A stretch of 64,000 bases of DNA, from positions 2,666,001 through 2,730,000 of the forward strand of contig CATNEN010000041.1 in the NCBI GenBank assembly GCA_950097015.1. The letters run 5' to 3'. Shown piece after piece: positions 48,201 through 58,300 of this stretch. How positions within the stretch are numbered: the first letter of the stretch is position 1; each line of letters begins with the position of its first letter. The notes under the pieces were generated by a model. The model had not been told where the DNA came from. It searched no databases and was given only the letters and a program-made list of their open reading frames with translations. The translations under genes were made by a program, and so were the position numbers. Source of the DNA: Macrostomum hystrix (taxonomy: Eukaryota; Animalia; Platyhelminthes).

Positions 48201-49444
48201 ACTGCTTTTTCAGAGTCCCTACAGCCCTGATTTCAATTTATGCGACCGTTTTTTCTTCAATTGGCTGAAATCGGACTTCTCGAAGCGGGAGTTCAGCAGC
48301 CACGATGAGGTCCGCGAGGCCGCGTTGCAGTGGGCGAGGGGTCTGGATGCAAACTGCTTGAAACGCGAGGTTCTACGGCTCGTGGAGCACTGCCAAGCTG
48401 TGATTGACTTCAGGGGAAATTACATTACTGATTAGTAAAGTTTCACTGTTCTGCGCGTTTTCATAATTAACCTTTTGTAGTTTTCTCATGACTTTCCGGA
48501 CACCCGGAATAGGTGCAACTTTGAATCAGCAATTTCCACATTGAACCCACAGGAGCCCTGATGAGCAACATCCTGTTCTCGATTGTGCCCTGGATTGTCA
48601 TCTGCGTCTCCAACGTGACGCTGGTCGTGGTGCTGCGCAAGCGCAACCGCCGATTCTCGCAGGTGGATCGGAAGACCCTGCGCCAGGAGAACAGCGTGAC
48701 CACCCGCCTGTTGGTGGTGTCAGTGGCCTTTCTCTGCTTCACCCTGCCGCTGGCCATCACCACCGGCATCAACAACTACTATGAGCTGAATGGGCTCAAT
48801 GTGAGTGCCGCTGGGACACTGCTCACGACACCTTGCCATGGGGCCTATTAGATACTGAGTAAACCCTGAGGCATTCGGTAAACCCTGAGGCATTCGGTGA
48901 ACCCTGAGGCATTCAGTGAACCCTGAGGCATTCATTGAACCCCGAGGCATTCAGTGAACCCCGAGGCATTCAGTGAACCCTGAGGCATGACAGCTCATTT
49001 AGCCCATGTGACAGCTCAGTTGGCCCATATGACAGCTCAGTTAGCCATATGACAGCTCAGTTAGCCCATGTGACAGCTCAGTTAGCCCATGTGACAGCTC
49101 AGTTAGCCCATATGACAGCTCAGTTAGCCCTTGAGACTGCTCACCGAACCGTGAGTCATCTCAGGAAGCCCTGTACCTCCACGCAGACGCACAAGACGGG
49201 CATCCTGGCCGACCTGTGGCTGCTCAGTTTCGTCCTGTTCACAATCAACTTCGCCTCCAACTTCGTCCTGTACTGCCTGACCGGGCAGAACTTCCGCCGT
49301 GCCGCCGCCGCCCTCCTGCGCTGCCACCTGGACAGCATGCGGCGCTTCCGGCGTCGTCTGGACCGCGGAGCCAGCGAATCCGCCAACAGCGCCGAGCTGA
49401 CTGCGGTGGTCAGTCTCACTACCCAGAACGTGGCTAAAAAATAG
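45243..49444 (+). CDS. Rhodopsin-family peptide-type GPCR, copy B (tandem paralogue of copy A), 4 exons, 372 aa
   Basis: Exons 45243-45596, 45713-45971, 48553-48800 and 49187-49444. Nearly identical to copy A except for the C-terminal tail. Confidence 0.88.
45982..46715. repeat. 52/53-bp minisatellite, about 14 copies, in GPCR-B intron 2
   Basis: Same unit as 40053, plus agagcattgg, agagcattagg and ggtact variants. Confidence 0.96.
47372..48509 (+). mobile_element. Mariner (Tc1/mariner, DD34D) element, 1138 bp, with an internally deleted and frameshifted transposase
   Basis: TA duplication at 47370-71 and 48510-11. About 29-bp TIRs (cttcgggtgtccggaaagtcatgagaaaa / ttttctcatgactttccggacacccggaa). 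The empty site is present in copy A (cattTAggtgc). The transposase starts at ATG 47628 with HTH, GRPR and WVPHVL; the second frame has WDNARPH-x34-D with YSPDF. The segment with the first catalytic D is missing. Confidence 0.95.
48860..49130. repeat. 19-bp (about 7 copies) and 21-bp (about 7 copies) minisatellites in GPCR-B intron 3
   Basis: Units accctgaggcattcagtga and atgtgacagctcagttagccc. Confidence 0.93.
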
Positions 49445-52400
49445 CGGCCGTATCGGGAAGCTGCGGCACGAGGGGAATATCTGAATTCCGTCGCGGTTCC
49501 TAATTGGCTCCCGATTTCCTCTCCTCAGAGGGACATTGTCAATATAACATTGTCAGTTTTCTTTTGATTAAATTAGGTTTTAGGTTTTGTACTTGTGACA
49601 ACTCCAAGGACTACTAAAGTATTTCACTTTTCTGGCACTAGTTGTCCAGTTTCTTGAAAGCTTCGATGTCGTTGAAGCTAAGTCAGGGGTCAATGAAATC
49701 GAATTGCTTAAAATGCCGAGTGTTAGCTGTGCGGCCGTCCGTGCCGTCCGAAGGCAGTAAGGTTGCCCTGAACAACTGAACTTGAATGAAAATATCGTTA
49801 CAATTGTTTTTGCGAGGAAAATCAAGTCAATAAAAACTCGATATAGACATGGTATTTAACTCATTTAACGTGGCCTTTAAAGCTTTTTCCATAAAACACG
49901 AGCTTTGCGTCCTGAATGTTACGTTGCTTTTAGTCGTCCATGCTGCTAGCTCGTACAGCCGCACCATGAATCCAACAATGAAATCTCGTCGAGCACGCTG
50001 GGGGTCGTCGATCCATGCGTCTCTCAGCGGCTCGTTCAGTCCGTTTGGGGCAGCTCGGGTTGCGCACTGAGCGGTCAGCTTCACCTGTTGCTCTCCCGGC
50101 ATAAATTTTGTCAGCCTCGTAGGCATATCGTAGGCCAATCAGTACGCCTTCTACGGCAGAGCCAACCATGGCACACGGGTCACAGCTTTGCCAGGACAGT
50201 TTTCTTAGTTGGTCGTTTCTTTCGTTCTTCTCTGGACGTCGCACTGAGATTCGAGGAGGGGACTGCTCCTATCCCGATATGCCTACTCACAGTAGAGAGA
50301 TTGTGCTCCCGAATACAATTTATTCTCTAAAATACTGAGTTTTACTGTTTCACCAACATGAATTGTGCTATTCGATCTGATCGTACTATCTGATCAGAGA
50401 CTGGTCTGAGTGTGGAGCCCTCTTAAGCGAGTCAGTTCGTCGCTTTTCTTTGCTGTCCTTCAGTGCGGGGCAGGGGACCACCAATCAGCCGCCTGGCGCA
50501 GCCCTCTGCAGTCCCGGTGCTGGCGCCGCACTCTCAGCTCCTCAGGTGGTTTCGAAGGCAATTCTGCATTCAATAGGCTTGCGAGAGCCTAGTCACAACA
50601 CCCCACCAGTGCTCTCTGATTTTCACTTTAGCTTTTCCCAATAATGCTTTCCACCAAGTCTATTGGTGGCTTTCTGTCGTAGTTTTTCTGTCAAGAAAAA
50701 GTCAGGGCCGAAATGTGACCTTGCTTTATAAAGGCTAAATATAAAGCTATTTGCTCGTAGCATCGGTAGTAAATGTCGAACTGATTATTTCACGGGTCAA
50801 TGTTCTTGTCACCTGGATTAGCACAGACATGAACTCAGCTGGATTCTGTGCAGATGAGACAGACTGCATGCACTGGCTACATGGAATTTCATGACAGCTG
50901 TCTAGCTTCAACACGCCAACACACAGGAGAGTTGTGAGCTCGGCTCAGGCCTGAACAGCTTTGGTTTACCTGGAGTTTGCTTCTGAGACTAGGGAAGACG
51001 CCAGTTTCAGTTAATATCCTCATCCTCAGCACAGCGTGAGACCGTCTTTACCCAGCGCCTAGAAGATAAGAACTCTTTTCCGCGTCCGCGTGTCAATTCC
51101 ATGACAGCTGGGACTGCCAGGACTGCCAGACTGCGAGCAATTGCCAATGAAATGCGGGCGCTGACAGCGGACGGACAGGTCGGCGCCAAATATTTGCCCC
51201 GCAGCCCCCGCATCTGGCAGCAGACTGCGGGAGAAGGAAAATTGAGTATTTTTAGAGTCGGGCGACCTCGAGAACTGGATTAAAAACAAAACTAATTTGA
51301 CTCAGGTGGGGGAGGACGGTCAGGAGCAGAAAGCTCTTGCGATTGCTCCAATGACACGGTCTCAGTTCTTAGGGGAGGCAGGGCCGGGCGGAGCAGGGGA
51401 ATCAGCTCACCGCCTACTCAAGCTCCGCTCCATGTTATTGTATTTGATTCAGGAGCTTTACGGCCCCTGTGACACGGGCTTCGCAGTCCTGCAGTCATTC
51501 GAAAGGCACGTCCATTTCGCCCCTCATTCGCGGATAACTCAAGGCCATGCGCGTTGCTCAGAAAAAAATTAGATTTTTTCACTAACTTCACTGGCAAAAA
51601 CACCTGTATTTGCGTGAAGTCTCTCGGTGTTACAGGTGTCGAATACTGTTGATATGTTGACAGTATTTGACAGTTCAGCTGCTCTCAAGATGCCGCAAAT
51701 AGACAGACAGCTAGCTTGCAGACAGCTGACAGTTGACTTTATACCTGAGTCAAGTAAAGTCAGGCAGTATTAAAGAACCCACCTGCGTGATAATTACGCT
51801 GGCACTTTTCCGGTGCAACAGCAGGCTGACAGCACACAAAATGAAGCTTTACAAGCACGGTAAACTTGTACAGATAAAATATTGAGCAGTACAAACTGCA
51901 CGCGTCCCCTCGTACCGATGCTCCTGTATTCCAGCATGACTGCACTTGTCGGTTCGCAACAGATTTTGTTACTGTGCTGTATCTGGCTGGTCGGCGGCAC
52001 CCACTGCCGATAATCTACGTGAATCTGCACGGACCAGTACTCACAGGGGGACTGATAATCCCCCGTCTTGCTGAGTCTCAAAAACTAGTTTGGCCGAGGA
52101 TCGTCGACATGAAAAATAATGCCAACGGAAATCCTTCCGCGGATTAAAATCCCAGCGCAGATTGGGAGTAGGCTCATGGGCTACGGTGGCTGCTGACAGT
52201 GTCCGCAGTGACAGCTCGGAATCCTTCTTGATTTTTTCAGCGCTGATGAAGCCGTGCATGCGCCCATTCCACTGCATGAATATTGGTCAGATCTTCGGTG
52301 ACGAATTCGGAAAAGTTTCTGAATATCCCTGAGCATCCGCTAGAAGCTCTCCGGCTCAGTTGAAATTTATCATCTGACCACATAGCGAGGCTTAGGCTTC

Positions 52401-53071
52401 AGTGTGGTGTTCTTCTGCTCGAACTCATAAAACCGATCAACTCTCCGAGCCACACCTCTCAGTCTTTGTGCTTCTTTCCTCGTCACCGGTAGCCCACAGC
52501 CTGCTGCGGCTCCTGTTTCCAGCCGGTTCTCACAGAGGCGGCCGGTTTGCACCCACCACACCTCATTCGGGAGGAAAGCCGCGGAATGGAATTAGAGTTT
52601 GCAGAGTTATCCCGGCTGTCAGCTCCTCTGTTCCATGCCCTGTCACCCGAGCCGAAGCACGCGGTGCGTGATGGAAGCCGGTTGGCGCCAACTTAGAAAC
52701 CTGCGGGGATTTCATACGGACAGGATTTTCTGCTCATCTTTTAGCCGTCGTTACCGGAGACAAGCCGACGAGCCCAAAGCTCTGCGAGCTCTGCCAGCCC
52801 TCGCGGTCACGCAACGAACTGGGCTCAAGGCCTATCAGCCACTGACTGGGTCGCAGTCACGGAGCGAATGGAATGAATGCTCCACTCCACAAAGAGAGAA
52901 TCACCGCCCGAGGCTACGGGCAGGCAGGGAGTGGAGGAGAGATAGAGGGAGAGGTGGTAGGAAAGACGTCAAGAAGTGTGACAGCGAAGCGGCTCTGAGG
53001 CTTAGAGTGGCGAATTCTACGGACCACTTCGCCTGCCTGCTATCAAAGGCCCTCGCTTGAGAAATACATCG

Positions 53072-54262
53072 ATGGAAGTTGCCATGGAGACCCTTGGCAA
53101 CTTTAGCCTGCTCAACAGCCAGCGACTGTGGGACTTCATAGAAAGGGCCACTGCTCACGAGGTGGCCAGGAGCCACATCGCATTGTTGTGCCTCTACAGC
53201 CTCATCGGCCTCGTTTCTATCTTGGGAAATGGCCTGCTGCTCTTTGCTATCCTGCGCACCCGCCGAGTTTCGGAGAAGTACTTCCTTCTCAACCTAGTGC
53301 TTACCGACCTGCTCATCACGGTCATCTGCATTCCTGGCACCTGCCAGAAGTTCTTTTCCAACTTGTGGCTCCTTGGTGACTTGCTCTGTCGGCTGGTGAA
53401 TGCCGCGATGGTCTCCACCGCGGCGGCCGCGATCTTCAACCACACGGCCATGATTCTGGAGCGCTCGCTCGGCGTCAACGCAAGTCGCATTGCGACCAAC
53501 AGCCGAGATACGCGCGCCACCTCCTTGAAGATGATCTGCGCCGTGTGGGTGCTGGCGATAGCCTACGGCTCGCCCGTAGCTGTGCTAACTAGCGTCTCAG
53601 ACGTGAGCTCCCTTCTGCGCCTGGCCAGCTTGAACGTGAGCAACTTGCCCCCAGTGTGCATCAATAGCATCAGCAGCCCGATAGCCAGCGTTTTCTACGA
53701 TGCTGTGGGCATGCTGCTGCTATACATTGTGCCCCTGTGTGTCATCATAGCGGCCTACGTTCGCATTGTACGCACCGTGCGCGAGGTCAACTCACAGTTG
53801 GTGAAGTTCAACAACAGCGTGACCAATCGCAGCAAGAAGATTGTCCGTCTGGCCGTCACCATGGCAGTGATGTTTGCCGTCTCCTGGCTACCTTTGCACA
53901 TCAGCATGCAGGTGAAGAACCTCGACATCCTAAGAAGCAGCGTCTCCGGCCGTACCGTTCTGCTGTACAGCGCGGACAGTAAGTTCTCTGTTCTGCAGGA
54001 CGTGTTCAACTGCCTGGGCCTGTCGAACTGCGCAGCCAACCCGGTCTATCTGTTCCTCTCCTGCCCGAACTTTCGCAAGACTCTTGTCCGAGCTTGCCGC
54101 GGGGGCGGCGGCAGTGGAGCTGCCAGCGGAGTCGTCGGAGCCGGGAGCGCCTCCATCAGGGGCGGCAGGCCGTCGCTCAACCGCTGCAGCTCCGCTCAGT
54201 GCGGCAGTGGTCGCAGGGCCTGCGGCGAAGCCACCATCACCTGCTGCGAGAGTCAGCTTTGA
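53072..54262 (+). CDS. Intronless rhodopsin-family neuropeptide-type GPCR (orexin/QRFP/CCK-like group, ligand unknown)
   Basis: Seven hydrophobic helices. Motifs SILGNGLL, LNLVLTDLLITVICIP, GDLLCRLV, MILERS, FAVSWLPLH and NCAANPVYLF. The first ATG is at 53072, with an alternative GCCATGG at 53084. Confidence 0.92.
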   Translation: MEVAMETLGNFSLLNSQRLWDFIERATAHEVARSHIALLCLYSLIGLVSILGNGLLLFAILRTRRVSEKYFLLNLVLTDLLITVICIPGTCQKFFSNLWLLGDLLCRLVNAAMVSTAAAAIFNHTAMILERSLGVNASRIATNSRDTRATSLKMICAVWVLAIAYGSPVAVLTSVSDVSSLLRLASLNVSNLPPVCINSISSPIASVFYDAVGMLLLYIVPLCVIIAAYVRIVRTVREVNSQLVKFNNSVTNRSKKIVRLAVTMAVMFAVSWLPLHISMQVKNLDILRSSVSGRTVLLYSADSKFSVLQDVFNCLGLSNCAANPVYLFLSCPNFRKTLVRACRGGGGSGAASGVVGAGSASIRGGRPSLNRCSSAQCGSGRRACGEATITCCESQL

Positions 54263-55300
54263 GATACTGCACAGCCTACTGATTGATGAGTAGCACGCTA
54301 GAAGCGCTAAAGACGGAACAAAATTTTGCTAAGGCTAAGAATTGTTGTGAAGGTTTCAACATACTATAATTATGGAATCTAACGTCAGAGATTTCGTATT
54401 CGCTGCGGTACAAAATGTACTCATATTGGAGCAGCAGAACGCTTTGAGTATTGTAATACTGCACCTTGCGCACTGCATCCGGGGACTGTTGCTGTAAGGA
54501 GCCAGTAGTCCTGCAAGTAAAAATACCAAAGTATACTCGAAATCTTATTGTACTTGCAGCTGCCACAGATTTCAGATTTTATTTATTTTTACGGTGACAA
54601 GTCAGAATGTCAAGCAAGCCGAATCAAATGATTTTTCGCGAACTGGATGTTAGACACGAACGAATCTGAGATTGAAAGACAAGACCTGGATAGTTTCAGG
54701 GCAAGTCGAGACAATTTTAACAGTGAATTCCCAGCGCTTTTACCTGGTAAGGCAGTTTCGCCATCGGGCGCTGAACTCATCATCGATGCATCGACTCAGA
54801 CAGGTTTTGGTCAGGCAGGAAATTGAGATGTTGCTTCACTTTTTTATTCGATGACATTCACCAGCTGTACGTCGGTTGTCAGATAAAAAAAATATTTTCA
54901 ATCTGAAATAGTTTCTCACATCTTCCATAGTTGAGCAACACCAACTAATCTGATTCTCCTCTGGCCTTTCGGTGTGATTGAATTTGGCCCAGAGGCCTGT
55001 GGGAACTCTTTGCTCTGAACCAAGCTAAGAAATTTGAAGAAAACCACAGGCTGTTATCGCAGCAATGTCTGCAAATAGGATTGTGATGGCGGAATTGCGT
55101 TGGACTATTGAATAGTGAGTGACTATCGACTTTATTTATCTCTAAACTGGCCAATGTGCAATGTGCAAGGTTTCAATGTGCAGCGTGCAGATATTCCAAA
55201 ACAAAATGCAATCCGCTGAGCGTGTTCGCTTTTGACAGTTTGTTTCAATCAACAGAATTTACTCTTGGGTCCTCATGGGTCCAGCATTCTGCATCCATCA

Positions 55301-58300
55301 TGCATTCAGCCAGCTGTTATACTCAGAATGCATTCAGCCAGCTGTTATACTCAGAATAAATTCAGCCAGCTGTTATACTCAGAATGCATTCAGCCAGCTG
55401 TTATACTCAGAATGCATTCAGCCAGCTGTTATCCTCAGAATACATTCAGCCAGCTGTTATACTCAGAATGCATTCAGCCAGCTGTTATACTCAGAATGCA
55501 TTCAGGCAGCTGTTATCATCAGAATACATTCAGCCAGCTGTTATACTCAGAATGCATTCAGCCAGCTGTTATCCTCAGAATACATTCAGCCAGCTGTTAT
55601 ACTCAGAATGCATTCAGCCAGCTGTTATACTCAGAATGCATTCAGGCAGCTGTTATCATCAGAATACATTCAGCCAGCTGTTATACTCAGAATGCATTCA
55701 GCCAGCTGTTATCCTCAGAATGCATTCAGCCAGCTGTTATCATCAGAATGCATTCAGCCAGCTGTTATACTCAGAATGCATTCAGCCAGCTGTTATCATC
55801 AGAATACATTCAGCCAGCTGTTATACTCAGAATGCATTCAGCCAGCTGTTATACTCAGAATACATTCAGCCAGCTGTTATCCTCAGAATGCATTCAGGCA
55901 GCTGTTATCATCAGAATACATTCAGCCAGCTGTTATACTCAGAATGCATTCAGCCAGCTGTTATCCTCAGAATACATTCAGCCAGCTGTTATACTCAGAA
56001 TGCATTCAGCCAGCTGTTATACTCAGAATGCATTCAGGCAGCTGTTATCATCAGAATACATTCAGCCAGCTGTTATACTCAGAATGCATTCAGCCAGCTG
56101 TTATCCTCAGAATACATTCAGCCAGCTGTTATACTCAGAATGCATTCAGCCAGCTGTTATACTCAGAATGCATTCAGGCAGCTGTTATCATCAGAATACA
56201 TTCAGCCAGCTGTTATACTCAGAATGCATTCAGCCAGCTGTTATCCTCAGAATGCATTCAGCCAGCTGTTATCATCAGAATACATTCAGCCAGCTGTTAT
56301 CATCAGAATGCATTCAGCTAGCTGTTATACTCAGAATGCATTCAGCCAGCTGTTATCATCAGAATACATTCAGCCAGCTGTTATACTCAGAATGCATTCA
56401 GGCAGCTGTTTTCCTCAGAATGCATTCAGCCAGCTGTTATACTCAGAATGCATTCAGCCAGCTGTTATACTCAGAATGCATTCAGCCAGCTGTTATTCTC
56501 AGAATGCATTCAGCCAGCTGTTATACTCAGAATGCATTCAGCCAGCTGTTATCACCAGAATGCATTCAGCCAGCTGTTATCACCAGAATACATTCAGCCA
56601 GCTGTTATCACCAGAATGCATTCAGCCAGCTGTTATTCTCAGAATGCATTCAGCCAGCTGTTATACTCAGAATGCATTCAGCCAGCTGTTATCATCAGAA
56701 TACATTCAGCCAGCTGTTATCCTCAGAATACATTCAGCCAGCTGTTATCCTCAGAATACATTCAGCCAGCTGTTATACTCAGAATGCATTCAGCCAGCTG
56801 TTATCCTCAGAATGCATTCAGCCAGCTGTTATCCTCAGAATGCATTCAGCCAGCTGTTATACTCAGAATGCATTCAGCCAGCTGTTATACTCAGAATGCA
56901 TTCAGCCAGCTGTTATACTCAGAATGCATTCAGCCAGCTGTTATCACCAGAATGCATTCAGCCAGCTGTTATCACCAGAATACATTCAGCCAGCTGTTAT
57001 CACCAGAATGCATTCAGCCAGCTGTTATCACCAGAATGCATTCAGCCAGCTGTTATACTCAGAATGCATTCAGCCAGCTGTTATCATCAGAATACATTCA
57101 GCCAGCTGTTATCCTCAGAATACATTCAGCCAGCTGTTATCCTCAGAATACATTCAGCCAGCTGTTATCATCAGAATACATTCAGCCAGCTGTTATCATC
57201 AGAATGCATTCAGCCAGCTGTTATCCTCAGAATACATTCAGCCAGCTGTTATCCTCAGAATACATTCAGCCAGCTGTTATTCTCAGAATGCATTCAGCCA
57301 GCTGTTATACTCAGAATGCATTCAGGCAGCTGTTATCACCAGAATGCATTCAGCCAGCTGTTATCACCAGAATGCATTCAGCCAGCTGTTATTCTCAGAA
57401 TACATTCAGCCAGCTGTTATTCTCAGAATACATTCAGCCAGCTGTTATTCTCAGAATACATTCAGCCAGCTGTTATTCTCAGAATACATTCAGCCAGCTG
57501 TTATTCTCAGAATGCATTCAGCCAGCTGTTATACTCAGAATGCATTCAGCTAGCTGTTATCCTCAGAATGCATTCAGCCAGCTGTTATCATCAGAATACA
57601 TTCAGCCAGCTGTTATACTCAGAATGCATTCAGCCAGCTGTTATCCTCAGAATGCATTCAGCTAGCTGTTATACTCAGAATACATTCAGCCAGCTGTTAT
57701 ACTCAGAATGCATTCAGCCAGCTGTTATCCTCAGAATGCATTCAGCCAGCTGTTATACTCAGAATGCATTCAGCCAGCTGTTATCACCAGAATGCATTCA
57801 GCCAGCTGTTATCACCAGAATGCATTCAGCCAGCTGTTATTCTCAGAATGCATTCAGCCAGCTGTTATTCTCAGAATACATTCAGCCAGCTGTTATACTC
57901 AGAATGCATTCAGGCAGCTGTTATCACCAGAATGCATTCAGCCAGCTGTTATTCTTAGAATACATTCAGCCAGCTGTTATTCTCAGAATGCATTCAGCCA
58001 GCTGATTATCATCAGAATACATTCAGCCAGCTGTTATACTCAGAATACATTCAGCCAGCTGTTATACTCAGAATGCATTCAGCCAGCTGTTATACTCAGA
58101 ATGCATTCAGCCAGCTGTTATCCTCAGAATACATTCAGCCAGCTGTTATTCTCAGAATGCATTCAGCCAGCTGATTATCATCAGAATACATTCAGCCAGC
58201 TGTTATCCTCAGAATACATTCAGCCAGCTGTTATACTCAGAATGCATTCAGCCAGCTGTTATACTCAGAATGCATTCAGCCAGCTGTTATCCTCAGAATA

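Noticed and set aside
8036-49130. Possible C-rich bias of intronic arrays on the pre-mRNA strand
   Set aside because: It holds for five arrays, but two are G-rich and the GPCR arrays are balanced, so it is not consistent.
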